From contig CADAZU010000007.1 in the NCBI GenBank assembly GCA_902792535.1, positions 5,968-69,967 on the forward strand: a stretch of DNA of 64,000 nucleotides, given 5' to 3'. The notes beneath the pieces were generated by a model. That model was not told the origin of the DNA and searched no databases. It was given only the letters and a program-made list of their open reading frames with translations. The DNA is from an uncultured Bacteroidales bacterium (lineage in GTDB: Bacteria; Bacteroidota; Bacteroidia; Bacteroidales; Paludibacteraceae). Positions 19,002 to 28,216 of the stretch are shown piece after piece; positions within the stretch are counted from its first letter, which is position 1, and every line of letters starts with the position of its first letter. Made by a program: the position numbers and the translations under genes.

Positions 19002-20162
19002 ATGAATAGTTTTTTGGCAAGTATATTGGTTTTGGTGCTCCATGTGGGGCATGGGGAGCGGATCAATGACGCGCTGGATAGCGCGCGGACGGTGTATGAA
19101 CAGAAGGGCGAGAAGACGACCATTCTGATTGAACCGGGGACGTATCGCGAGGAGATCACGATTGACGTGCCGAGACTGACGATTAAGAATGCGAGCCGGA
19201 AGCCTTCTATCGGATTGCAGAACGGCGGCGTGGAGTGCGATAAGAATGCCGTGCGGATCACTTGGTACTACGGGCACGGGTATCAATATCGGAGTATGGG
19301 AAATAGGGTTAATTACGGAGGCAGCAGGGAACGGAGATGGAACGCTTCTGTTCTCGTTACTGCGCCGGATTTCAGGGCGGAGAATATTATCTTCGAGAAT
19401 TCATTCAATCTCTATGTCTGCGACCTTGAGGCGGCAGACAGTCTGGTGGACATCAGCCAGAGCGACATGCCATGGACGGAGAAAGAGCGTCCGAAGAAAA
19501 TGATGCCTGTGCGTCCGAAAGAGGTTGGGAGCACCGAGGTGCAGCTGAAGAAATACCGCGAACGCGCGGCTGCTATTTCGTTTACCGAGGGGGCGAAGAA
19601 CGCGCATTTGAAGAAGCAGGACGTGCTCTACGGCGACGAGGGAGCGAGTATTTATTGGGAGAAAGGGATTCTGCAAGGCGGAGTGGACTTCATCTTCGGC
19701 GGCATGACGATGGCTGTGGATCGCGCTACGATCGTAGCGAATATCAACGGGGAGAAAGGAGATAAATGCTATATAAGTGCGGGACGGAGCGAAGGACGCG
19801 GACTGCTGTTCTACAAATGTCATATACGGCTGGCAACGGAGGAGGAACTATCAGCCGTCAGCCAGCAGCCGTCAGCCAGCAGCCAGCAGGTATGGTTGGC
19901 GCGTCCGTGGAGACCGTGGGGTGAGACCGTTTGGGCTTATACCACTTGGGATGAGGGTGTGCTGAACAGCGAAGGCTGGCACACGGGGCTTATCCAAAAA
20001 CGCCCGGAGTTCGACCCCGCTAATCCTTGCCCGCGCAGCTATGAGTACAAGTCGCAGGATGGCTCTAAAGGAAGACCAAAATGGGTCTCCTTACTCCGGA
20101 AACCCATTTTACCTGATGGCACAAAACTAACGCCTAAAACATGGTTAAAGAACAAAGAATAA
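19002..20162 (+). CDS. Pectinesterase (CE8) family protein
   Basis: 386 aa. CE8-like motifs: QDVLYG (QDTL-like), GGVDFIFGG, LARPWRPWG (LGRPW-like). Contains the in-frame word insertion LSAVSQQPSASSQQ (19849..19890). Confidence 0.8.
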   Translation: MNSFLASILVLVLHVGHGERINDALDSARTVYEQKGEKTTILIEPGTYREEITIDVPRLTIKNASRKPSIGLQNGGVECDKNAVRITWYYGHGYQYRSMGNRVNYGGSRERRWNASVLVTAPDFRAENIIFENSFNLYVCDLEAADSLVDISQSDMPWTEKERPKKMMPVRPKEVGSTEVQLKKYRERAAAISFTEGAKNAHLKKQDVLYGDEGASIYWEKGILQGGVDFIFGGMTMAVDRATIVANINGEKGDKCYISAGRSEGRGLLFYKCHIRLATEEELSAVSQQPSASSQQVWLARPWRPWGETVWAYTTWDEGVLNSEGWHTGLIQKRPEFDPANPCPRSYEYKSQDGSKGRPKWVSLLRKPILPDGTKLTPKTWLKNKE

Positions 20163-20167
20163 AATGT

Positions 20168-21061
20168 TCAATTTTTAACCGCTTTAAAGGACATGTCGAG
20201 GGATTTGTAACTGTGGGTGAGGGCTCCTACAGAGATGAAATCCACACCTTGCTCGGCATAGGAACGGATCGTGTCGATTGTAATACCGCCGGAGGACTCG
20301 ATCTCCATGTGACGTCCGGCAGTCTTTTCCCACTCGCGGATCATAACGACCGCTTCGCGGGTTTTCTCCGGCGTGAAATTATCGAGCATGATACGGTCGG
20401 GGATATTGGTAGCGAGTGCTTCGCGGATCTCGTCGAAATTACGTACCTCAATCTCTATCTTCATATTCAGGAAACGCTCTTTCTGCCCCTCTTCTGCTTT
20501 CCTTTTTAAATAATCGCGTGCACGCGTGAGAGCGGCTGTGATACCTCCTGCGAAGTCCACGTGGTTGTCTTTGAGCAAGATCATGTCGAACAAGCCGATC
20601 CGATGGTTCATACCTCCACCGAGCGCGACCGCCTCTTTCTCCAGATAGCGGAGACCAGGGGTCGTCTTGCGCGTGTCGAGGACATGGCATCCTGTGTCCT
20701 CTATGAGCGATTGATAGCGATGCGCCGTGGTAGCGACGCCCGACATTCGCTGCATGATATTGAGCATTGTGCGTTCGATCTGCAGCAGGCTCAGTTCCTT
20801 GCCATAGACCTTGAAGGCAATATCGCCGGGCTTAACATGGTCGCCGTCATGCAGAAACTGCTCCATCCTGCACTCGGGATCGAAATAGTTAATGATCTCT
20901 TTCGCCACCTCTACTCCGGCAAGTACACCGGTGTCCTTGATGATCAGCTGCTGGCAACCCATCTGGGTCGGTGGAATACAACTAAGCGAGGTATGATCAC
21001 CATCGCGGATGTCTTCTTCAAACCAAATAGCAATTAATTTGCGTAGTTCTTGTTTGTCCAT
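20168..21061 (-). CDS. nadC: Nicotinate-nucleotide diphosphorylase (carboxylating) / quinolinate phosphoribosyltransferase
   Basis: Motifs: LDTRKTTPGLRYLEKEAVALGGGMNHRIGLFDMILLKDNH and ...IESSGGITIDTIRSYAEQGVDFISVGALTHS. Start set to the ATG at 21061 (MDKQELRK...) because the promoter -7 box lies inside the longer track ORF. Confidence 0.93.
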   Translation of the reverse strand: MDKQELRKLIAIWFEEDIRDGDHTSLSCIPPTQMGCQQLIIKDTGVLAGVEVAKEIINYFDPECRMEQFLHDGDHVKPGDIAFKVYGKELSLLQIERTMLNIMQRMSGVATTAHRYQSLIEDTGCHVLDTRKTTPGLRYLEKEAVALGGGMNHRIGLFDMILLKDNHVDFAGGITAALTRARDYLKRKAEEGQKERFLNMKIEIEVRNFDEIREALATNIPDRIMLDNFTPEKTREAVVMIREWEKTAGRHMEIESSGGITIDTIRSYAEQGVDFISVGALTHSYKSLDMSFKAVKN

Positions 21062-21078
21062 AATTCGAAATTTTTGTG

Positions 21079-21110
21079 CAAAAGTACAAAAATTCTTGCA
21101 TATATGCAAA
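21079..21110 (-). promoter_or_regulatory. Canonical Bacteroidetes promoter (TTTG-N20-TActTTTG) for nadC
   Basis: The -7 box is the reverse complement of 21079..21086. The -33 TTTG is the reverse complement of 21107..21110. Confidence 0.65.
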
Positions 21111-21126
21111 TTTTTTACTAATTTTG
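21095..21126 (+). promoter_or_regulatory. Divergent promoter (cTTG-N20-TAatTTTG) for the 21131 gene; the -7 box ends 4 nt before the ATG
   Basis: TAatTTTG at 21119..21126, TTG at 21096..21098. Both divergent -33 elements lie in the 14-bp palindrome TTGCATATATGCAA (21096..21109). Confidence 0.6.
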
Positions 21127-21130
21127 CAGC

Positions 21131-21787
21131 ATGAAGCGAAAAATATACATCTGTCTGTTGCTCTGCATAGTGTCTTTTCCGGCATTAGGGGAGACGAAAT
21201 GGGATCACATCACCTGGCGGAACGAGATCCGCTTGGGTTGGGGAGACCAGTTATTCGAGAGTCTGATGTGGCATAATCCGACCAACATCACCACCACGAT
21301 GCCGGAGAGTTTTCAGCAGACGTATCATGAGAATTACCGCCACCACCAGCACATCTGGCTGGAATACCAGTACCGTTTCAACCACTGGTTTTCGTTAGGC
21401 GGTATGATGGACATGAGCGAAGTAGGCTGGGACGACGTGACGCGTAACGGCGCGGGGGTTGAGCTGAGCCGCAGCCGCGGGCATTATTTCTACAATCTGG
21501 TTTTCATGCCCACGATCCGCTTCACTTATTTTCACCATGAATATGTGAATCTGTATTCCGGTATAGGTATCGGAATGGACATCAACGGAGGTACGGAGAC
21601 GAACGCCAAAGGCCAGCGCACAGAGGTGGGTGCTGCGGTCAATTTTACCGTCTTCGGCGTGAGCGCCAACTACAAGCGGTGGTTCTGGACGGTCGATTTC
21701 GGAGGCATGTACGCGCTCAAGAATGCGAACGCGATCTATATGGCTTCGTCGCGGATTATTAATGTAGGATTAGGGGCGAGATTCTGA
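21131..21787 (+). CDS. Hypothetical outer-membrane beta-barrel-like protein
   Basis: 218 aa with a signal peptide (...VSFPALG). Alternating aromatic/hydrophobic strands and a C-terminal ...INVGLGARF typical of OMP termini. Confidence 0.55.
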   Translation: MKRKIYICLLLCIVSFPALGETKWDHITWRNEIRLGWGDQLFESLMWHNPTNITTTMPESFQQTYHENYRHHQHIWLEYQYRFNHWFSLGGMMDMSEVGWDDVTRNGAGVELSRSRGHYFYNLVFMPTIRFTYFHHEYVNLYSGIGIGMDINGGTETNAKGQRTEVGAAVNFTVFGVSANYKRWFWTVDFGGMYALKNANAIYMASSRIINVGLGARF

Positions 21788-21823
21788 GAAGATTTGAAAA
21801 TTTGAAGATTTGAAGATTGAATT

Positions 21824-23170
21824 ATGAAATACAGATACCAACATATTCTATTGCTGCTCTTGGCGGTATGGATGACAGGATGTCAATTCCGTCAGGACGA
21901 GTATGTCGATTTCTCGGAGATACCTGCGGCAGGAGGCTTGAAATTCCAAGTCATTGGTCAGAACGAGCGGGATCTGAGTGAAGGTATTCCTTCCAACTGT
22001 TACCTGCCGGACGGCACGCCGGTGAACGAGTGGACAGGGGGCAGCGATCAGCCGTCAGAGGAGAGCGATATGCCGGGTCCACGGCGCACGAGTTCGGTCA
22101 CGGGAGCCGGTATTCTGCAGGAGCTGCTCAAATACGGGAACCAGAACCAAATAATAGAAGTGGTAGGCACTTACCCCAGCATAGACATTGAAGGCAACCC
22201 GATTACACTCTCGGGCAAAGTGATGCTTCCCAAGAATGGTAATCCCAAACGCATGATCATAGTGAGCCACTATACCGTTTGCTCCAACGCCGAAGCACCG
22301 AGCAGTTGTTTCTCGTTAGAGGGGGTGCTGGTTAAATCGGGGTATGGTCTTATCATCCCGGATTATATCGGTTACGGTGTTACGTCAAAGGAAGTTCACC
22401 CATACTTGGTGATGGACGTAACGGCGCATAACGTAGTGGATATGTATCTTGCCGTCAAGCCATGGTTGGAGGCAGTCGGCAGGAGTGCGGATGACCCCAG
22501 TCTGGATCTTGTAGGCTATAGTCAAGGCGGGGCTACCACGATGGCGGTACAGTACCTGATTGAGAGCGAATACAGCAACGCGGATGACATCAATTATATT
22601 ATGCTACACCGCGTGTTCGCCGGCGGCGGTCCGTACGACATACAGGCGACCTACGAGCGTTTCGTCACAACCGACACAGCCGGTTACCCGGTAGCCGTAC
22701 CATTAGTGCTGCAAGGCATGATCAAGGGCAACAAACTGAACATGCAGTTGGAGGACATGATGCAGCCGTGGCTATGCGAACATATGGAGGACTGGATCAA
22801 CAGCAAGCGTTTCACCTCCGCGCAGATTAACAAACTGATCGGCACCAAGGTGACCCACAACCTGCTGACCCCGGAAGCTATGGAACAGACGTCCGAAAAA
22901 GTAGCGGAGCTATACAAGGCTATGACCCTGAACTCGATCATCGCCTATGACTGGATCCCGAAAGCACCGGTCTATATGATGCACTCGATGGACGATGAGA
23001 CGGTGCCGTACACCAACGCCACACATGCTCGGTCGCATTGGAAGGAAGCCAACATCACCTATAATTTCGGTCACTACGGCGGACACGTACTGACCTGCTT
23101 GCGATTTATCTATACTGTACAAGAATTATTAGCTAACGAAGAGGCAGAAAGGAGGAAATATGAGAACTAA
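21824..23170 (+). CDS. Alpha/beta hydrolase, secretory-lipase-like lipoprotein
   Basis: 448 aa with lipobox ...WMTGC. Nucleophile elbow GYSQGG. Late ...MHSMDDETVPY... and ...GHYGGH... are consistent with Asp/His of a catalytic triad. Confidence 0.65.
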   Translation: MKYRYQHILLLLLAVWMTGCQFRQDEYVDFSEIPAAGGLKFQVIGQNERDLSEGIPSNCYLPDGTPVNEWTGGSDQPSEESDMPGPRRTSSVTGAGILQELLKYGNQNQIIEVVGTYPSIDIEGNPITLSGKVMLPKNGNPKRMIIVSHYTVCSNAEAPSSCFSLEGVLVKSGYGLIIPDYIGYGVTSKEVHPYLVMDVTAHNVVDMYLAVKPWLEAVGRSADDPSLDLVGYSQGGATTMAVQYLIESEYSNADDINYIMLHRVFAGGGPYDIQATYERFVTTDTAGYPVAVPLVLQGMIKGNKLNMQLEDMMQPWLCEHMEDWINSKRFTSAQINKLIGTKVTHNLLTPEAMEQTSEKVAELYKAMTLNSIIAYDWIPKAPVYMMHSMDDETVPYTNATHARSHWKEANITYNFGHYGGHVLTCLRFIYTVQELLANEEAERRKYEN

Positions 23171-24062
23171 AATTACGTTGCTTCTTATCCTTTGCTCCTT
23201 CCTCCTTGCGTCCTGCAATACAGAGGCGTACTACGAGACGAAGGACGTAGAAGTAAAAATGAATATCACGAATGTGTCCTCGGGCTTCATTGAGTGTGAG
23301 TACTCAACCAACAAGGACGCTTATTACCTCATTGCAATCCGAGAGCCGTGGGAGGATTTTAACCCCATAACCCACCAGAAGCAGTTCATGCAGTTAGCCC
23401 TTGACAGCGCGTACGCGGAGTATTTGTTATGGCGGAATGATCTGCTTCACCAGCAAGAATTTACTATAGCTCCCTTCTCCAGCCACTCGCTCCAATATGG
23501 TAAAACCAGCCATTTCTTCACGGGTCTGACCCCCTACACGGACTATTGGGTATTTGCGTTCCCTGTTGATCCGGAAACAATGAGACCTGCCGGAAAACTG
23601 GTTTTGGAGAATATCAAGACTTCTATCGCCTCCACCGTAGATGTTCGTTTTGAATACCGTGTGAGGGGCATGTGGGACTATCTCTACCCGGTGGACACGC
23701 TCGGTCACATCAACGCCCGCTATCCCTATATTGCCATCACCAAAGACAGCCTCGAACTTACCACAGAGATTGCGGAATGGGGTACTCCGCTCCCCTTCTT
23801 CTACAACTGGGAAGAGGATATGTTCGAGAATCCCCAAACAGCCGATATTTTTTACGGTGTGAAAGCGACCGAGCATGATGGCCGCCTATTAACCTGCGCG
23901 TTTGAAGAAGGGCACACGTACTATACCGGCATCACCGGCTTTGACGGGCTGTTCAAACACATGGCGGTCTATAAGTTCACGTGGCACAAAGACTGCGTTT
24001 ACTATTTCCAGGACACCGATACCACCAACTTGTATATAAAGGATATAGATAAACTATTATAA
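23160..24062 (+). CDS. Hypothetical lipoprotein
   Basis: 300 aa with lipobox ...LLASC. Overlaps the lipase-like gene by 11 nt. No family recognised. Confidence 0.6.
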   Translation: MRTKITLLLILCSFLLASCNTEAYYETKDVEVKMNITNVSSGFIECEYSTNKDAYYLIAIREPWEDFNPITHQKQFMQLALDSAYAEYLLWRNDLLHQQEFTIAPFSSHSLQYGKTSHFFTGLTPYTDYWVFAFPVDPETMRPAGKLVLENIKTSIASTVDVRFEYRVRGMWDYLYPVDTLGHINARYPYIAITKDSLELTTEIAEWGTPLPFFYNWEEDMFENPQTADIFYGVKATEHDGRLLTCAFEEGHTYYTGITGFDGLFKHMAVYKFTWHKDCVYYFQDTDTTNLYIKDIDKLL

Positions 24063-24070
24063 CCGGTGCT

Positions 24071-24541
24071 ATGAAAATCTCCCTTCTTGTGGTGGGCAAG
24101 ACCACCGACACGCGCCTGTCCTCCCTCATGGAGGAATATATCTCGCGACTCAAACACTATGTGCCGTTTGAGTTGGTCGTTGTGCCGGATCTGAAGAACA
24201 CCAAAGCGCTCAGCGAGGAGCAGATCAAAACCGCCGAAGGCGAAGCTATCCTGCGCTATCTCACGCCGTCCATGGACGTCGTTCTGCTGGACGAACACGG
24301 ATGGGAGTTCCGGTCTATCGAGTATGCCGAATGGCTGCAAAAGAAGATGGGTTCCGGCAAGGATCTGACGCTCGTTATCGGAGGTCCGTACGGTTTCAGC
24401 GAAGCGGTCTATGCCCGCGCGAACGGAAAGGTATCGTTCAGCAAAATGACTTTTTCCCACCAGATGATACGACTAATGGCGGTGGAACAGATCTACCGCG
24501 GAATGACTATTCTCCGCGGCGAGCCTTACCACCACGAATAA
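24071..24541 (+). CDS. rlmH: 23S rRNA (pseudouridine1915-N3)-methyltransferase
   Basis: 156 aa. ...LVIGGPYGFSEAVYARANGKVSFSKMTFSHQMIRLMAVEQIYRGMTILRGEPYHHE is a typical RlmH (SPOUT) C-terminus. Confidence 0.93.
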   Translation: MKISLLVVGKTTDTRLSSLMEEYISRLKHYVPFELVVVPDLKNTKALSEEQIKTAEGEAILRYLTPSMDVVLLDEHGWEFRSIEYAEWLQKKMGSGKDLTLVIGGPYGFSEAVYARANGKVSFSKMTFSHQMIRLMAVEQIYRGMTILRGEPYHHE

Positions 24542-24562
24542 ACGCGACCTTTGAGCCGCGTT
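24541..24562. terminator. Candidate bidirectional hairpin between convergent rlmH and the LysM-M23 gene
   Basis: AACGCG-N10-CGCGTT followed by TATTCTATTT on the + strand. Confidence 0.45.
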
Positions 24563-24605
24563 TATTCTATTTACGATGTACGAAGGACGATGTACGAAGG
24601 AAGGT

Positions 24606-25637
24606 TTATCTTACCCTGATTTTTTGACCGATCTGCAGTACTTTGGTCTCTTTGATCTTATTCAGCTGGCAAAGCTTGCGTACGGTTGTGCCGTAGCGTT
24701 TGGCAATGCCGGAGAGTGTGTCGCCGGAGCGCACCTTGTGGTATTTCATCGCGGCTTGCTCTGCGCGCGCCTGCTTCATCGCCTTGATACCGATCACGTA
24801 CTCTTGGTCGTTCTTCAGTTTGCCTGTCGTGAAATCGATGACGTTATCGGGGTTCATGGCTTCGCCCAAGTAGCGGATCTCCAGGTGGAGATGGCTGCCG
24901 GTGGAGCGTCCTGTGTTACCTCCCAAACCAATCACGTATCCCGCCGGAACACGCTCATATTCATCCACAAGCGGACGACTCAAGTGACCGTAGATCGTCT
25001 CCAGACCGTTGTCATGGCGAAGGACCACATAGTATCCATAGCCGCGCGGATCCCATCCTACGATACGTACCTGACCGGGCCAAGCCGAGCGGATCGAGTC
25101 GCCGATCTGTACTTTAATATCGGTGCCCTTATGCATTCTGTACCGGCGCCAGCCAAACGGACTCGTCACATAGCCCGGAGCCGGAAGAACAAAGCCCGCC
25201 ATCGGGATATGCACATCCTCCTTGAGGCTATCGAAGAGCGTGCCGTATGGGTTCACGCGCTCGTCCGTCCAGATATGCCGGTAGAGGCTGTCCGCCGGGT
25301 GATGAGTGAAGAGCGTGCTGTCGCCGAACATGAACTGCGGTGCGAGTTTATAGACCACATCGCCGTCTTTGGTGCGGACGATGATCTTATTGGGTAGCAG
25401 TTCCATGTCACATCCGAGGATGAGTGTATCATGCGCAAAGAGCCCCGCCAGGCACTCCGGCAACTGCGCCGCACGCGCATCGAGATCGTCCATTTCCTCC
25501 AGTTCGTCGCCCTCGCTGTCCACGGCGAGCGTGTCCAAAGGCGGGTTCAGAGAGAGATCTTCGGTGAAGACATTATCGGCTCTTAATGGAATCAGAAGCA
25601 GCAGAAGCAGAAGCCCAGTAGATGTAATACGAGACAT
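24606..25637 (-). CDS. M23 family metallopeptidase with C-terminal LysM domain
   Basis: Start set to the ATG at 25637 ([20 protein letters not shown] signal peptide). M23 motifs HKGTDIK and GSHLHLEIR. LysM: [30 protein letters not shown]. The track ORF extension to 25922 overlaps the upstream gene and looks non-coding. Confidence 0.88.
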   Translation of the reverse strand: MSRITSTGLLLLLLLIPLRADNVFTEDLSLNPPLDTLAVDSEGDELEEMDDLDARAAQLPECLAGLFAHDTLILGCDMELLPNKIIVRTKDGDVVYKLAPQFMFGDSTLFTHHPADSLYRHIWTDERVNPYGTLFDSLKEDVHIPMAGFVLPAPGYVTSPFGWRRYRMHKGTDIKVQIGDSIRSAWPGQVRIVGWDPRGYGYYVVLRHDNGLETIYGHLSRPLVDEYERVPAGYVIGLGGNTGRSTGSHLHLEIRYLGEAMNPDNVIDFTTGKLKNDQEYVIGIKAMKQARAEQAAMKYHKVRSGDTLSGIAKRYGTTVRKLCQLNKIKETKVLQIGQKIRVR

Positions 25638-27229
25638 AGTATTCCTAATGCAATGAGTGTGATACAAATACCGATGAGCCATTTCTTGCCGTTGCCCATC
25701 TCGCCTTTCATTTTCGGCGCTTTGATGAACGGGAAAGCCACTTGCTCGGTGAGCGTCCGTCCGAACGGAACGGAGATGATCGCGTCGGCGTTGACAGCCC
25801 AGCCGTTGGCGTTGAGGACAGGAGCGAGGTTTCTGCGGCGCAGTTTGAGCCAAGCCATCACCATGCTCGGTCCGCTGATCACCAGCAGGATGCATATGAA
25901 GACGAGGATGTTCTGCCACCATGTCAGCGCGGCTAACCCGGCAGCAACGGAAGCCAGCGCGGCGCCGATCATACCTAAAGCCATGCCGATGGCGGCAAAG
26001 ATACCTGCGAATTTCGCGATGTCGAATGCCGGTTTCTTCTCTGCAGCGGGATCGGCAGCAGCTGCATCGGCTTTAGCGGTCATGTCGTCGAATGCCTTTG
26101 CGTCTTTCTCTGCGGCGGATTTGTTGATCTTGTCCTCGACCCATTTGGAGAACTTGCGGTAAGGGGTCCAAAATGCCTGCCGGATAGAGATCGGGTTCTC
26201 GATGATCTTATAGACCGTAGCATCGTAGTCCAGCCCGTCGTTGTCGTAGAAGATGGCGTTTTTGCCGACGCTGAGGTTCTTGATCTCGCCTTGCGTCACG
26301 GCGGCTACTATCTGTGCGGTCTTTCCGGTCTTTTGGTTTACGCAGTTGCAATAGATCAGATACATGCCGCTCAGCGGAGCTTGCGCATCGTGCTTGCTCA
26401 TATCGTTCACGCGGATACAGAGGAGACACGCGCGCTGGTCAATGATGAGCGTACCGGCTTGGAAGGACGCGATGGTCTTGTCGTTGAGGTCGTAGAAGTC
26501 CTCGAGGGTCACGAAGTTGCGCAGCAGGCGGTAGAAATCGCGGTGGAGGAGGAGCAGTTTGCGCAGCGGCATGAACTCGGCTTGCGCCGCAGCCAGAGCC
26601 TCGGCGTTAGCACCTTCGGCAGCTGCTTTGGCAGCCTCCCATTCAGCGATCTGCGCACCCATTTCCTCAAATTTCTTCTCGCTCATACCGGGTTTCGGTG
26701 TCTCCTCGGGGATCAGAGCCAGACCGAGTTTCTGCAACTTCTCCTGCTCGAAGTAAGCGGCATATTCAGCACTTTTCTCCTTGTAAGCAGCGATGACATC
26801 TGCCTCCAGCGGCGCAGCGGGAACAGCTTGTTCCTCGATGGTAACGCCGTCGATAGCAGCTTGTACGGCTGCCAGCGAGATGGTATTCTCCTTGCCGGCG
26901 ATTTTCTTCGCCACAGCGGCGATTGCTTCGTCGGCGATGTTTGCGATCTCAATTTCATCTTTCTGCGCGAAGAGCGACTTCGGCTCTTTGAGGTTTGCGC
27001 AGAGCCACTCGGCGGTGGCTACCACTTCTTTTAGACGCAGTTTGCCGTCGCCGTCTGTATCCATCAGACTCAGCGAATCGGCGCTGATCTCCAAGCCGTT
27101 GACCGGGCAGGAGAGGACGGTCCACATTTTCTTGTCCAACTCGCCGAGGTGCCGAATATCCTCCGCCGACTGAATGCGTACGCGGGTAACTCCACCCACA
27201 TTCGCAAAACTCCATTTGTACTTTGCCAT
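25592..27229 (-). CDS. Hypothetical EF-hand-containing membrane protein
   Basis: 545 aa. Canonical EF-hand loop [12 protein letters not shown] near the N-terminus, an Ala/Glu-rich linker and a conserved-looking central domain. C-terminal TM helices ([72 protein letters not shown]) and a Cys-rich tail GFCFCCF. No family recognised. Confidence 0.7.
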   Translation of the reverse strand: MAKYKWSFANVGGVTRVRIQSAEDIRHLGELDKKMWTVLSCPVNGLEISADSLSLMDTDGDGKLRLKEVVATAEWLCANLKEPKSLFAQKDEIEIANIADEAIAAVAKKIAGKENTISLAAVQAAIDGVTIEEQAVPAAPLEADVIAAYKEKSAEYAAYFEQEKLQKLGLALIPEETPKPGMSEKKFEEMGAQIAEWEAAKAAAEGANAEALAAAQAEFMPLRKLLLLHRDFYRLLRNFVTLEDFYDLNDKTIASFQAGTLIIDQRACLLCIRVNDMSKHDAQAPLSGMYLIYCNCVNQKTGKTAQIVAAVTQGEIKNLSVGKNAIFYDNDGLDYDATVYKIIENPISIRQAFWTPYRKFSKWVEDKINKSAAEKDAKAFDDMTAKADAAAADPAAEKKPAFDIAKFAGIFAAIGMALGMIGAALASVAAGLAALTWWQNILVFICILLVISGPSMVMAWLKLRRRNLAPVLNANGWAVNADAIISVPFGRTLTEQVAFPFIKAPKMKGEMGNGKKWLIGICITLIALGILCLVLHLLGFCFCCF

Positions 27230-27267
27230 AATATCTTGGTTTTTTAGTTAGTCCATATTTTGCGCTG

Positions 27268-27299
27268 CAAAATTACTAAAAATAGATGAATTACGCAAA
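27268..27299 (-). promoter_or_regulatory. Canonical promoter (TTTG-N20-TAatTTTG) for the EF-hand protein gene
   Basis: The -7 box is the reverse complement of 27268..27275. The -33 is the reverse complement of 27296..27299. The ATG at 27229 lies about 39 nt downstream. Confidence 0.65.
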
Positions 27300-28120
27300 T
27301 ATTTTTGTTATTTTTCCTAAATCCTCCGCGATTTTAGTACTTTTATGAAATTGCCGATTATTAAGATTCGGGCGGTTATCCCCGAATCTGCCTAAGAGCA
27401 GCGCGACGTCAGCGCAAGGTCTGCTGATTTGGGGGCAATTGAACCGACATTGAGCCGAGATGGGTAGGCAATAGGTTCGGTGATGGTTATCTAAAAATCC
27501 CATCGGCACATATCTACGTCTTTCGGAACTAACTTTAGGGAGTACGATAAATGTTTCTGGGTTATTAGTTTCTCTAAAAAGATGAGGTGTAAATGCTAAT
27601 TTTTGGCGTCCTGTATCAGGTGAACTCTCCCTCGCTTCTTTACATGCTTCTATTCGTTTCATTACAAGAGGCATTTTTCGCAATTCTGCGGGTGTAACAC
27701 CAACGAGCCATAAACAAAATCGTTTCTTATTATTAATAAATTCATCCGATCCTAATAGTTTCTTTATATATGGAATGGCAGCAGGTTCTTTTCGAATGAA
27801 ATCTTCGTAGTCTTCCGCCTCAATAATCAGATGTCCGCCATCCGCGGGGCGATTTCCTGTTGTCATTTCCAGGACATCGCAGAGCGGTTTGGAGCGGCTG
27901 TCAATCCAAGTATCGGGCGCATCAATAAGGTATGCGTTGATATTGGAGGCAGGGATGGATTGCATGTCAGAGATATAGATTCTCTTCGCGCTAACGCCCG
28001 AAGCAGCCGACAAGGAGAGCGGCGAATCTAATTCGCCTGTAAAAGAAGAAAAGCCAATAATGACACAATGGACGTGAGCTTTGATGTCGGCTTCGCTATC
28101 CCAACGGTCATGTATGTAGG
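27291..28120 (-). pseudogene. Fragment of an MmeI-like (type IIL/IIG) DNA methyltransferase/restriction fusion gene
   Basis: The middle of the 415-aa track ORF reads ...WDSEADIKAHVHCVIIGF...INAYL...GNRPADGGHLIIEAEDYEDFIRKEPAAIPYIKKLLGSDEFINNKKRFCLWL...VSSERRRYVPMGFLD. This matches my memory of the MmeI-family region downstream of the methylase core. The N-terminal helicase-like/methylase part and the C-terminal part are absent. The first ~140 codons of the ORF read through simple repeats. Confidence 0.6.
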
Positions 28121-28216
28121 TATATATTTTTGCGATTGCAAAGGTAGCAATAAATTTTGATTTATGCAAATAAAAGTACATTTTTTTGCAATAATGGGGG
28201 ATTGACAAGGCGCAGT

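Noticed and set aside
24606-25922. The 438-aa version of the M23/LysM ORF
   Set aside because: The first 95 codons overlap the 3' end of the EF-hand protein gene and translate to R/Q/H-rich sequence. A proper signal peptide begins at the ATG at 25637.
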